From: Pseudobdellovibrionaceae bacterium
Lineage (GTDB): Bacteria > Bdellovibrionota > Bdellovibrionia > Bdellovibrionales > UBA1609
Reading direction: 5' to 3'
Assembly: GCA_947444305.1 (NCBI GenBank)
Contig: CANEZP010000005.1
Location: 103,771 to 167,770, forward strand
DNA length: 64,000 nucleotides
The stretch's first letter is position 1. Each line of letters begins with the position of its first letter. The notes under the pieces are model-generated. The model did no database searches, was not told the DNA's origin, and worked only from the letters and a program-made list of their open reading frames with translations. Shown here in pieces: positions 27,799 through 36,903 of the stretch. Position numbers and translations under genes: made by a program.

Positions 27799-28401
27799 TT
27801 AGATTTCGAAATCCGTAATGAGCGTCACGTTTGGATGCTCAAGGATAAAGCTAATCGGTAGATTGCGATCTTTGATAGCCTGTAACAGAATCTTGCGCTT
27901 ACTCTCGCCGCGCGCGAGCACCAGAATTTTTTTCGAGCGCAAGAAAGTCTCCACTCCGTAAGTTAGGCCCCACGTCGGCTCTTTCAACTCGAGATAATTT
28001 TGGATCTCGGAACTCAGCAACACGCAACCGCTCGCAAACTTGCGCGGCAAGAACGGTTCATGAAACGCGACGTGCCCGTTGATGCCCACGCCGAGTATCG
28101 AAGCGTCCGCGTATCCGTCGGCTTCGGTGATCCATTCCATCTGCGGTACAAACGGCGCCATCTCCGCTTCCAAAAATTTACGAAAATGTCCTTTGAGCGG
28201 GCCGGAGATAATTTCATCGAGTTGCATCATCCGCAGCGACTTGAGCAACGCCGTCGGCTCGTTTACGCAGCGCTTGTAAAGCGAGAGCGGCGTATTGCCC
28301 GCGGGCATGAACACGCGGTCGCCCGTGGAGACTTCGGCGTGCAGCCAAGTCCAGGCCAGATCGGTCCAATCACGCTCGTCTTTGCCAATTAACTTACGCA
28401 T
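27799..28401 (-). CDS. Glucosamine-6-phosphate deaminase / 6-phosphogluconolactonase family protein (COG0363-like)
   Basis: FMPAGNTPLSLY and GVGINGHVAFHEP motifs. The start is ambiguous: ATG at 28401, or the longest ORF to 28464, which would overlap the divergent PIG-L gene. Confidence 0.7.
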   Translation of the reverse strand: MRKLIGKDERDWTDLAWTWLHAEVSTGDRVFMPAGNTPLSLYKRCVNEPTALLKSLRMMQLDEIISGPLKGHFRKFLEAEMAPFVPQMEWITEADGYADASILGVGINGHVAFHEPFLPRKFASGCVLLSSEIQNYLELKEPTWGLTYGVETFLRSKKILVLARGESKRKILLQAIKDRNLPISFILEHPNVTLITDFEI

Positions 28402-28410
28402 ATTTAAGAT
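28382..28410 (+). promoter_or_regulatory. Candidate promoter of the PIG-L deacetylase gene (leaderless geometry)
   Basis: TTGCCA, 17 nt, TAAGAT, then 8 nt to the ATG at 28419. It lies over the 5' end of the divergent NagB-like gene. Confidence 0.4.
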
Positions 28411-28418
28411 ATTACCTG

Positions 28419-29105
28419 ATGGAGAGGTCACACTTGAAAAAGAATAATCTGCTGGTGGTTGCACATCCCGATGATGAAACGATCTTCTTCGGCGGACTAG
28501 TCCAGGTTTACCGGCGCAGGCCCTGGAAGATCATTTGCGTAACGGACGGCAACGCCGACAAAGAGGGCGAGAAGCGTAAAAAAGATTTCTTCGCCGCGTG
28601 CGACCAAATGAAGGCGAAGCAATTTGAAATGTGGGACTTCCCCGACCGCTTCGGTGAACGCCTCGACCTCGACCGCCTGACCGAGCGACTTAAAGCCGAG
28701 CAAGCCGCGGAAGTTTTCACGCACGGTGCATTGGGTGAATACGGTCACCCGCATCACCAAGACGTTTGTCTAGCGACCTACCGCGCGTTCCAGGATCGCG
28801 CCATGGTTTGGAGCACCGCCTACAATGCCTTCGCCGAAAAAGTCATCCGCGTGCCCCGTCGCGCTTTCGAAACGAAAGCAAAGATCTTAGCCAACACTTA
28901 CTTCTCCGAAACAAAACGCTTCGCCCGCTGGCTCCCGCACCAAAATCACGAAGGCTTCATCCAACTCAAACTCAAAGAAGTCGAAGCGGTTTACGCCTAC
29001 CTCAGCGGCGACAAAAAAATCCCGGCCGGCCTGCTCAACGAATACGCCTGGTTCGAACCCTACTTAGAAGAATTTCGCACCCAAATCTCCGAACGCCCTT
29101 TCTGA
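28419..29105 (+). CDS. PIG-L/LmbE-family N-acetylglucosaminyl deacetylase
   Basis: LLVVAHPDDETIFFGG signature and the later HPHHQDV histidine cluster. Confidence 0.8.
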   Translation: MERSHLKKNNLLVVAHPDDETIFFGGLVQVYRRRPWKIICVTDGNADKEGEKRKKDFFAACDQMKAKQFEMWDFPDRFGERLDLDRLTERLKAEQAAEVFTHGALGEYGHPHHQDVCLATYRAFQDRAMVWSTAYNAFAEKVIRVPRRAFETKAKILANTYFSETKRFARWLPHQNHEGFIQLKLKEVEAVYAYLSGDKKIPAGLLNEYAWFEPYLEEFRTQISERPF

Positions 29106-29106
29106 A

Positions 29107-29158
29107 GGCGCTCCCCACTGCTGGGGGCGCTCCCCACTCCCGGACAGGCGCTCCCGAG
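29107..29158 (+). repeat. Three direct repeats GGCGCTCCC(CACT/GAG) phased 19 and 21 bp apart, upstream of the tsaC -35
   Basis: Exact 13-mers GGCGCTCCCCACT at 29107 and 29126, and GGCGCTCCCGAG at 29147. The TTGACA begins 9 nt after the last copy. Confidence 0.6.
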
Positions 29159-29166
29159 CCCCGGCT

Positions 29167-29195
29167 TTGACAAGCTGCGCTCTACATCATAGTTT
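29167..29195 (+). promoter_or_regulatory. Candidate promoter of tsaC/sua5 (leaderless geometry)
   Basis: Consensus TTGACA, 17 nt, TAGTTT, then 6 nt to the ATG at 29202. No Shine-Dalgarno. Confidence 0.4.
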
Positions 29196-29201
29196 CCGGC
29201 C

Positions 29202-30152
29202 ATGATTATTTCCGTACCCGAAGCGGTCGCAAAATTACAGACCGGTGGCATCGTCGCGATCCCGACCGAAACCGTGTACGGACTCGCCGGCCGCATCGAC
29301 GACGAAAGCGCGCTCAAACAAATTTTTACCGTGAAGCAACGCCCGTTCTTCGATCCGCTGATCGTCCACGTGGCCGATATCGCAACGGCGAAGCGCCTCG
29401 CGCGCGACTGGCCGCCGGTGTTCGACGTGCTGACCTCCGCGTTCTGGCCGGGCCCGCTCACGCTCATCACGCGTAAGGCCGAACTTGTGTCGCCGCTGAT
29501 CACCTCGGGTCTCGAAACGGTGGCGTTGCGCTGGCCCGATCATCCCGTCGCCCTTCAAATCCTGCGCGAGCTACAAATCCCGCTCGCGGCCCCGTCCGCA
29601 AATCTGTTCGGAAAAACCAGCCCGACCTCGGCCGCCCACGTCGAAAAAGAATTTTCGGGCGCGGTCCCGGTCGTCGACGGCGGCGAGAGCGAGATCGGCG
29701 TCGAAAGCACGGTTCTCGCGTACGATGCCTCGACCCCAAATGTCTTACACATCCTGCGTCCCGGCGGAATTTCACGCCCGCAGATCGAGCGCGTGTTGCT
29801 CGAGAATAATCTGAACTTCGATTTGGTTCGCACAAGTTCGGCGGCTTCACCCGGCCATCTCAAAGCGCATTACCAACCGAACTGCCCGGTGATCATCCTC
29901 GACGACAAGCCTTGGACCGAGGAAATCCGCAAAAGAATAGAAGCCGATCTAGATCGCCCCTTCCCCTACGTTCACGAGATGAAACTCGGAGCGTCGGCGC
30001 AGGTCGCCGCCCGCAAACTCTACGGCGAGTTCCGCCAATTTTCCGAAGTGCAGGGCGGATTGATCGTCATCACGCGAACTAAAGACAACACCGCGCCCGA
30101 GTGGGAAGCCGTGTGGGACCGCATCGAACGGGCCGCAAGTTTCACATTTTAA
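29202..30152 (+). CDS. tsaC: L-threonylcarbamoyladenylate synthase (Sua5/YwlC long form)
   Basis: GGIVAIPTETVYGLAG, RPFFDPLIVHV and SANLFGKTSPT motifs, plus a Sua5-type C-terminal domain (316 aa). Confidence 0.9.
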   Translation: MIISVPEAVAKLQTGGIVAIPTETVYGLAGRIDDESALKQIFTVKQRPFFDPLIVHVADIATAKRLARDWPPVFDVLTSAFWPGPLTLITRKAELVSPLITSGLETVALRWPDHPVALQILRELQIPLAAPSANLFGKTSPTSAAHVEKEFSGAVPVVDGGESEIGVESTVLAYDASTPNVLHILRPGGISRPQIERVLLENNLNFDLVRTSSAASPGHLKAHYQPNCPVIILDDKPWTEEIRKRIEADLDRPFPYVHEMKLGASAQVAARKLYGEFRQFSEVQGGLIVITRTKDNTAPEWEAVWDRIERAASFTF

Positions 30153-30435
30153 ATACCCAAAACTCGTAAGCTAAGTAGCTTCGTTATTGCCCCAAAACCA
30201 CGACCATTTTTAAGACTCTGACATGCAAATAGGGGCAAAAAGAACCTACATAGCGGAGCGCCGAATCATGAACGCTCCACGTTACGAATTTAATACGCGC
30301 CATTAAACGCATGTAATGTTTATGGAATTTTGATTATGAACACCCGTTCATCGCGAAGCTATTGAAAACTCAAAACAATTGCCGTACAACAGTGTTCAAG
30401 AAGTCGTAAACTCCTACCTGCTGTGGAGGCTTAAA

Positions 30436-31149
30436 ATGGTGGAAATGGAACCGTTCCTAAAAGAGTTCGGAAAAGCATTGAAAACGACCCGTAAGCAAAT
30501 GGGCCTGTCGCAAGTAACCGCTGCACAAAATATGCGCATCGATTACCGGCATTATCAGAATATTGAAGGAGGCAAGATCAACCTCCGCCTCGATACCCTG
30601 ATCAAGTTAGTTAAGTTCTATAATTTGGATAAGGTCAGCCGTCCTTTTAACTTGGACGCCTGTATTGATCTCCTTTCGGGATATAAAGACACGAATGCCC
30701 ACGACAACTGGAATTCGCTGTTTCATCACTTCGTTGACGGCGATCATGCCGGCTTCGTCGTTGTAAACGTACGCTCGAAACAGATCGAACAGATCAACGA
30801 GAAGTTGTTCAAGACTCTCGGGTACCGCGCGTCCGCAGATCTGCAGAACAAACCGGTACAGAATCTGATGGTCCAAGAAAGTGCCACGCAATTTGATGAC
30901 ATGATCAAACATCACGTTGCCGAAGCGGTCTCGAAGCCCTTCATCGTCACTTTCCGCACCCAACCGCCCGCGTTCCCGATCCCGATGATGGCCGTATGTA
31001 AGGCAATCAAGGATCCAAGCGGAGAAGAAAGGCTTCACTGCATTTTCTTCGATCGCAAGACGCTCGAGGAAGAGGGACACCGTCTGAAAGACATCTTGAA
31101 CGGTTACCAGCAATTTATGGAACTCTACCCGCAGCTCAAAGCCGTCTAA
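30436..31149 (+). CDS. XRE-family HTH transcriptional regulator with a PAS-like C-terminal domain
   Basis: GGAGG lies 5 nt upstream of the ATG at 30436. HTH: LKTTRKQMGLSQVTAAQNMRIDYRHYQNIEGGK. The C-terminal ~130 aa has PAS-like spacing (weak). Confidence 0.7.
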   Translation: MVEMEPFLKEFGKALKTTRKQMGLSQVTAAQNMRIDYRHYQNIEGGKINLRLDTLIKLVKFYNLDKVSRPFNLDACIDLLSGYKDTNAHDNWNSLFHHFVDGDHAGFVVVNVRSKQIEQINEKLFKTLGYRASADLQNKPVQNLMVQESATQFDDMIKHHVAEAVSKPFIVTFRTQPPAFPIPMMAVCKAIKDPSGEERLHCIFFDRKTLEEEGHRLKDILNGYQQFMELYPQLKAV

Positions 31150-31177
31150 TCACGGTCCGCTGAAGTAGATCTAAAAA

Positions 31178-31203
31178 GGCTGCGCACCCGCGCGGCCTTT
31201 TTG
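31178..31203 (+). terminator. Rho-independent terminator after the XRE/PAS regulator gene
   Basis: GGCTGCGC-accc-GCGCGGCC stem (one G-U pair) followed by TTTTTG. Confidence 0.7.
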
Positions 31204-31210
31204 TTATGAT
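31202..31210 (+). promoter_or_regulatory. Candidate extended -10 promoter of the PLD/cls-like gene (leaderless geometry)
   Basis: TGtTATGAT, then 8 nt to the ATG at 31219. No good -35 and no Shine-Dalgarno. Confidence 0.3.
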
Positions 31211-31218
31211 TCCCACGC

Positions 31219-32340
31219 ATGAAGAAACCGACGGCCTGGGAAGAAGAAGAGCTATTCAGTAGCGGCGACGAATACTTCGCCCAGCTTCTGCGCGCCATCG
31301 ACGCGGCCAAATTCAATCTCATGATGGAATCTTACATTTTCGAAAAGGGTATCCTGGGTGACCGGATGGTCGGGCACCTTATCGCGGCGAGCCGGCGCGG
31401 CGTGAAGGTTCGTCTGATTATAGACGGCTGGGGCTCCCCTACTTTCGTGCAAGATTATTTTCCGCAAATGAAAGAAGCCGGAATTCACGTCAAATTTTAT
31501 CGCGTGAGCCCGTGGATTTTGAAGCGCATGCCCGGCGATCCCGACAACCTTCTGCGCCGGCTCGTACTGCGCTGGAAGCAAGTGAACCGGGGCAATCATC
31601 GCAAATTTTGTTTGCTGGACCGGCGCGAACTTTGGGTCGGAAGCTTCAACGTCAGCGATAAACACTTGCGCGAGGTAGAGGGCGACGCCGCCTGGAAAGA
31701 CGTCGGCGTCCGCGTCCGGGGCCATGATTTAATGTACGCGAGACGCGCCTTTGACCGGGCCTACCGGGGTTGGACCGCGCTCAATTTACCCGCGCGCAAT
31801 CCCAGTTTATTACTCTTAAACGATTCCTTCCTGCACATCAGGCAGACGCGGATTGAACAGGTTCGCCGCATCAAAAAAGCGGAGCAACGAATCTGGCTCG
31901 CCACGCCTTACTTCGTGCCGATCGGAAAAGTGTTTCGCTTGCTCGCCCGCCGCGCCCGCCGCGGTGTCGACGTCAGACTCATCATTCCCGAAAAAAACGA
32001 CGTTTGGATAATGAAGTGGATTAGCTTGCCGCTCATCCGCTCGCTTTCGCGCAAAGGCGTGAAGATCTACATCTATAAGCCGCGCTTCTCACACCAAAAA
32101 GTTTTTATTACCGATGATTGGATTTGTGTCGGCTCCACCAACTTGAATCATCGCAGTTTTTTGCACGATCTCGAGATGGACGTTGTCATCACGCGCCCCG
32201 AAAATAAAAAAAGTATTCTCGAAGGCTACGTTCGCGATCAACATCTAAGCCAACCTTTTGACAGCAGCGAGTGGGCGCAATTACCCTGGTGGAAACGGGC
32301 TTTAAGCTCGGTGTTCCTGGTGCTCAAATACTGGTCGTAA
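31219..32340 (+). CDS. Phospholipase D / cardiolipin synthase family protein (ClsB-like)
   Basis: Two HKD motifs: HRKFCLLDRRELWVGSFNVSD and HQKVFITDDWICVGSTNLNHRS. Confidence 0.85.
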   Translation: MKKPTAWEEEELFSSGDEYFAQLLRAIDAAKFNLMMESYIFEKGILGDRMVGHLIAASRRGVKVRLIIDGWGSPTFVQDYFPQMKEAGIHVKFYRVSPWILKRMPGDPDNLLRRLVLRWKQVNRGNHRKFCLLDRRELWVGSFNVSDKHLREVEGDAAWKDVGVRVRGHDLMYARRAFDRAYRGWTALNLPARNPSLLLLNDSFLHIRQTRIEQVRRIKKAEQRIWLATPYFVPIGKVFRLLARRARRGVDVRLIIPEKNDVWIMKWISLPLIRSLSRKGVKIYIYKPRFSHQKVFITDDWICVGSTNLNHRSFLHDLEMDVVITRPENKKSILEGYVRDQHLSQPFDSSEWAQLPWWKRALSSVFLVLKYWS

Positions 32341-32376
32341 AAGATTCGTAGAAGAGTCCTAAAAAGATAGGTAAAG

Positions 32377-32967
32377 ATGCCGCGATTAATTTTTGTTTTC
32401 CTGCCGCTGATCTTGATAAGCCTCGCTTGCACGAGCGTGCGCAAAGGTACCGGGGTGCTCGCGGCGACCTGCCAAAAAACTGCGGTCTCCGTCACCGATC
32501 TTGAACCGCTCGGTTTTAAACCGGCAAAAAACAAAGTCGTGGTCACGCGGATCTTCACGACCTGGTGTCCCTACTGCAAAGAAGATTTGGCCGAACTCGG
32601 GCGGCATTTCCAAAGCGGAGACTTCACCCCCGAGACGGTGCAAGTTCTCTTACTCACCTACAAAAGTTCGCGCGAGAATCAAGCCACCTTCGACAAGTTC
32701 GTGAAGGAAGCCTTACCGAAATCCGGCATCCCCGCGGAAGCCGTGCAGGCGATCTACGCCGGCCGCGAATCGAGAGAACTCGCGAAATCGAAAAACGCCG
32801 CCGGTGACCCGCTCTTTACCGGCTGGCAAGGCATCCCGTTCGGTCTAGTTTTCGGCAAGGACGGACGCTTGGCGTTCCGCGGTCATTTTACGACCTCACC
32901 CCAATTTCAAGAAGGGCATTATCAATTCATCAAGGGCTTAACCAAAGAGGAATGCCCCCCAAACTAA
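32377..32967 (+). CDS. TlpA/ResA-like thioredoxin-fold lipoprotein
   Basis: Lipobox LISLAC and the CxxC active site WCPYC in a redoxin-like context. Confidence 0.75.
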   Translation: MPRLIFVFLPLILISLACTSVRKGTGVLAATCQKTAVSVTDLEPLGFKPAKNKVVVTRIFTTWCPYCKEDLAELGRHFQSGDFTPETVQVLLLTYKSSRENQATFDKFVKEALPKSGIPAEAVQAIYAGRESRELAKSKNAAGDPLFTGWQGIPFGLVFGKDGRLAFRGHFTTSPQFQEGHYQFIKGLTKEECPPN

Positions 32968-33025
32968 AGTCCAGCATTCACGCTCACAGATACAACAACC
33001 GCCGAAAATAACGAAAAGTATTTAT

Positions 33026-34780
33026 ATGACGAATACGAAGCGTTTCTTCCAGGTGTTGTTTGTTCTCTTAATGGTCATTTCCTGCCGCGACGTCAAATTC
33101 AAGGCGCCCACGAACAATCCTTCAAATCCCGCCGCGGGACTCGATTGCGACGGTGCGGCCTGCGCCCCCGGAACTTATTCGTGGTTTCAGGGTGGCTTCG
33201 GCCTGTGCGACAAACCTTGTAACGGTGGCAGCGCTATCCAAACCGTCGAGTGCCGCCGCAACTCCGATGACGTCGCCGTGACCGACACGTATTGCTCAGG
33301 CACGAAACCGGCCGGCACCCAAACGTGCAACGCGCAAACTTGCACCGGCAATTACACGTGGAACACCGGCAACTACGGCGTCTGTTCCAAAACATGCGGC
33401 ACCGGCCAAAGTTCGCGCGTCGTCGTTTGCCAAGATCAAACGGGCACGACGGTAAACGATTCTTTTTGTAGCGCGCCTAAGCCCACGGTCAGCAAAGACT
33501 GCAATACGAACACCTGCCCTCCCGTAAGTCATGCATGGTCGATCACGCCCGGCGTATGTTCGAAAGAGTGCGGTACGGGCACGGTCACGGACGTTGTCGT
33601 TTGTAAACGCAACGACGGCGTCACGGTTGCCGAAAATAATTGCGATGCCGCAACAAAACCGCCGGTCACTCATTCATGCAACACGCAAGCTTGCCCGGTC
33701 ACTTACACTTACGCTTGGGAAGCCGGCGCGTATTCAGCCTGCTCGAAACAATGCGATACCGGCGTGAAAACCCGCTCCGTCGTCTGTAAACGCAACGACG
33801 GAGTTTACTCCGACGCCGCTTACTGCCCAGCCGCGAGTAAACCGCCGACGAGCGAACCTTGTAAAATCAAGGATTGCAGCGCGGGCCGAAGGGTCACGCA
33901 GACCGCGACGGTCACCCCGGCCTCGAACGCGCTCGATCTTATTTTAGTCGTCGACGATTCGGGCTCGATGAAGGCCGATCAATCTAAATTGGCCGCGCGC
34001 ATGGCGGGCCTGCTGACCGACTTGGATGCACTTAACATTGATTACCAAGTTTGTTTAACGACCACGGACATTGGCTATTACAAAGGTTCGCCGATCCGAT
34101 GGAAAGGGCCCGAAACTTTTATCATCAATAAAGCAACGCCGAATAAAAACGCGGTCTTCATCAATACGATCAACGCGCTCGGTGCCGAATACAGCTCGGA
34201 TGAACAAGGCATCAAGGCCGTCAACCTCATGACCCGCGATTTCCGCTCATCGGGTTGCATGCGGACCGACTCGACGTTAACGACCATCGTGATCTCGGAC
34301 GAAAACGAGCGCAGCGTCGGCGGCAACGCGGCTTGGTCGTCGTCGCAATATCAACCGCTCACGCCGGAAAATTATCCCGACGCTTTGATCAAATTGGTCA
34401 AAGATACGTTCGGGGCCAATAAGAAATTTATTTGGAACTCGATCATCGTGAAACCGGGCGACGTCGCTTGCGAACAAGCGCAGGATCAACAGTCCAGTCC
34501 CAGCTTCTTCGGTACGCTTTACGCCGAGCTCTCGAATAAAACCGGCGGTCACGTGGGCAGTATTTGCGACAACGATTATGCGCAGAATTTGCAATACATC
34601 AAAGAACGCGCGGTCAACAACATGCCGGGTTTGACGATGGAATGTACGCCCATCGACACCCCCGTCGTTACGCTCATGCCCGCGGCCAACACGATGATTA
34701 CGATCACCGGCAACATGATCAAATTCTCTCCCGCGTTGAGCGAAGGCACGAAAATCACCGCCACTTATACTTGCCCTTGA
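33026..34780 (+). CDS. Lipoprotein with four thrombospondin type-1-like repeats and a C-terminal vWA-like domain
   Basis: Lipobox LMVISC. Four ~58-aa six-Cys repeats (for example WNTGNYGVCSKTCGTGQSSRVVVCQD...CNTNTC). MIDAS-like motif LILVVDDSGSM. Confidence 0.75.
   Translation: MTNTKRFFQVLFVLLMVISCRDVKFKAPTNNPSNPAAGLDCDGAACAPGTYSWFQGGFGLCDKPCNGGSAIQTVECRRNSDDVAVTDTYCSGTKPAGTQTCNAQTCTGNYTWNTGNYGVCSKTCGTGQSSRVVVCQDQTGTTVNDSFCSAPKPTVSKDCNTNTCPPVSHAWSITPGVCSKECGTGTVTDVVVCKRNDGVTVAENNCDAATKPPVTHSCNTQACPVTYTYAWEAGAYSACSKQCDTGVKTRSVVCKRNDGVYSDAAYCPAASKPPTSEPCKIKDCSAGRRVTQTATVTPASNALDLILVVDDSGSMKADQSKLAARMAGLLTDLDALNIDYQVCLTTTDIGYYKGSPIRWKGPETFIINKATPNKNAVFINTINALGAEYSSDEQGIKAVNLMTRDFRSSGCMRTDSTLTTIVISDENERSVGGNAAWSSSQYQPLTPENYPDALIKLVKDTFGANKKFIWNSIIVKPGDVACEQAQDQQSSPSFFGTLYAELSNKTGGHVGSICDNDYAQNLQYIKERAVNNMPGLTMECTPIDTPVVTLMPAANTMITITGNMIKFSPALSEGTKITATYTCP
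33176..33877 (+). repeat. Four intragenic TSP1-like six-cysteine repeats
   Basis: Four units of ~58 aa with the pattern W-x2-(G/W)-x3-C(S/D)K-x-C-x-(G/T)G-x5-V-x-C...C...C-x3-(T/A/D)C. Two Cys close each unit. Confidence 0.8.
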
Positions 34781-34805
34781 TCGGGGCCTGATTTAGTCTG
34801 GCCGC

Positions 34806-35858
34806 GTGAAAAATAATCTCCAATATTTCTATGGTTCATTCATCGTTACGTTCTTCGGCCTCATTCTCGGGGCCGTCGTCGGTTACGTCTACACGGGGAC
34901 GGTAGCCGGTGCGCTCTCGGCCCTATTCCTTACGTTCGTCCTCGGGATTTTAGAAGTCTCGCTCTCGTTCGATAACGCCGTGGTTAACGCGTCGGTTTTG
35001 CGCGATATGACCCCGCTTTGGCGGCACCGGTTCATCACCTGGGGTATCGCGATCGCCGTATTTGGGATGCGCATCGTATTTCCGTTAGCGATCGTCAGCC
35101 TCATCGCCGGCATCAATCCTTGGGCGGCCATCGTGCTCGCGGCGACTAAACCGCAGGAATATGCGCAAATCATGTTGTCATCGCACGTGGCGCTCGCGGG
35201 TTTCGGCGGGGCCTTCCTATTGATGGTGGCCCTCACTTACTTTTTCGATCAAGAAAAAGAAGTTCATTGGTTTCGCCATTTCGAACACTTCATGGCCAGC
35301 GTGGGCAAGATTCAGGCGATCGAACTCGCAATTTGCCTGCTGCTCTTCTACGGGTTAAGCCGTTTTCTCGAAACTCCCGAAGAGCAAGTGACTCTCCTCG
35401 TCTCCGGAATCTTCGGCCTGATCACTTTCGTGTTGGTCGACGGAATCTCGCTGTTCCTTAAACTTCCCGAAGCGGGTCAGCGTAACGTCGAGAAGGCCAG
35501 CGCCGCGATGTTCTTATACTTAGAAATTTTGGACGCTTCGTTCAGCTTCGACGGCGTGATCGGCGCTTTCGCATTGACGAACAATTTGTTCATCATCGCC
35601 GCGGGTCTCGGAATCGGCGCGATGTTCGTACGGAGCATGACCATTCTCCTGGTTGAAAAAGAAACTTTAAATCAGTTCTTGTACCTCGAGCACGGGGCAT
35701 TCTACGCCATCGGTGCGCTGGCCTCCATGATGCTGCTTGATCTGTTCGTGCACGTGCCCGAAGTGGTCACCGGTTTGATCGGCGCGGTATTCATCATCGT
35801 GTCGATTCTCGCTTCTATTCGGCACGACCGTAAGACCAAAACCATGGCCGCGGCCTGA
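34806..35858 (+). CDS. DUF475 (TerC-related) integral membrane protein
   Basis: Multi-TM protein with duplicated signature LEVSLSFDNAVVNA / LEILDASFSFDGVIGAF. GTG start. Confidence 0.7.
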   Translation: MKNNLQYFYGSFIVTFFGLILGAVVGYVYTGTVAGALSALFLTFVLGILEVSLSFDNAVVNASVLRDMTPLWRHRFITWGIAIAVFGMRIVFPLAIVSLIAGINPWAAIVLAATKPQEYAQIMLSSHVALAGFGGAFLLMVALTYFFDQEKEVHWFRHFEHFMASVGKIQAIELAICLLLFYGLSRFLETPEEQVTLLVSGIFGLITFVLVDGISLFLKLPEAGQRNVEKASAAMFLYLEILDASFSFDGVIGAFALTNNLFIIAAGLGIGAMFVRSMTILLVEKETLNQFLYLEHGAFYAIGALASMMLLDLFVHVPEVVTGLIGAVFIIVSILASIRHDRKTKTMAAA

Positions 35859-36895
35859 TGGGCCGCTCACTCCAGGCGGACATTCTCGCCACCGCGCTCA
35901 AGGATTTAAAAAAAGAATTAGCGGCGATGGAAGGCTCTCAAAAAGCTTTCCTAGCACGCTACCGTAAAGCGAGGCTTCACGCTTTCCAGCTCGAGTTCTT
36001 GGCAAAGTTTTTACGCAAGTCTTTGCCCGCCAATCAGGAAATTTTCGAACGCTTACACCTGATCACGAAAGATCTAGAAGACCGGCTGGGCGCCTTCAAC
36101 GAAACCGACGAGATGCTCGCTTACGTCGTGAAAAACGAAATCAATCTTTCCGAACATTTGACCGCCGCCGCCCATTTCGAAGAGCAGCGGGACGAAGCGT
36201 ACGCGGCGCTCCAAGCCTGGATGAAATTGGCCGGTTGGCGCGGTGAACTCACCGCCACGGCTCGCATCGCCGAGTTGTTGCGCGGGCTCGAAGATTTGGA
36301 CAATGCCGGGCTTCGCCAATTCGCCGCAAAAAAGATGGCAAAATTCCTTCGCGAGTTGCAAGAAAACGTCGACGCCGGTGAATTCAATCCCAAACGCAAA
36401 TCCGGCTACGTGATCAAAGAAGTTGAACCTAAGGTGCACGAGCTCCGCCGTGAGATTCGCAAGATCCCTATGTTCGCGGGCTACCTTGAAGGACTCTTTA
36501 CCTTAACCGACGGCTACAAGCCTCCGTCAAAAGACGCGACCGGCACGCTGAAATACTATAGTCCGCTGCTAAAATCCGAGCTCGCCAAATCCGACTTCGC
36601 CAAGCTTCCGAAGCCGCGCGTAAAGGAACCGCTCGCCATCGCGCGCCCTTTCTTCCTAGGCGTGACCAAATTCGTAAGCGAGCTCGGCTTCGCGAAAGAT
36701 TGGGCGCAGAATTTAGAGCAACTGCACGAAACGGGCGTCGGCGGCGAAATTAATTTCGATCAGCTCGATGTCTCGCTCAAAGATGTTTTCGGCCGGCCCG
36801 AGCCTTTCAATTCGATCGCCGCCCGTTCCATCATCGAGATAAAGAAAACCCAAATTTTCCGCCACATGTCCGACTATTTAGAAGCCCAAGTCTGA
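35858..36895 (+). CDS. Hypothetical helical protein
   Basis: TGATG overlap with the upstream gene. The composition looks alpha-helical. It is faintly CHAD-like (VHELRREIRK), but I cannot support that call. Confidence 0.55.
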   Translation: MGRSLQADILATALKDLKKELAAMEGSQKAFLARYRKARLHAFQLEFLAKFLRKSLPANQEIFERLHLITKDLEDRLGAFNETDEMLAYVVKNEINLSEHLTAAAHFEEQRDEAYAALQAWMKLAGWRGELTATARIAELLRGLEDLDNAGLRQFAAKKMAKFLRELQENVDAGEFNPKRKSGYVIKEVEPKVHELRREIRKIPMFAGYLEGLFTLTDGYKPPSKDATGTLKYYSPLLKSELAKSDFAKLPKPRVKEPLAIARPFFLGVTKFVSELGFAKDWAQNLEQLHETGVGGEINFDQLDVSLKDVFGRPEPFNSIAARSIIEIKKTQIFRHMSDYLEAQV

Positions 36896-36903
36896 GGTGA
36901 ATC

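Noticed and set aside
30153-30435. AT-rich 283-nt non-coding region upstream of the XRE/PAS regulator, considered as a riboswitch or sRNA locus
   Set aside because: It contains only short palindromes (AAGCTAagTAGCTT at 30168-30181 and TTGCCCC/GGGGCAA arms). I recognised no riboswitch or known RNA-family signature, so I treat it as an ordinary promoter/operator region.
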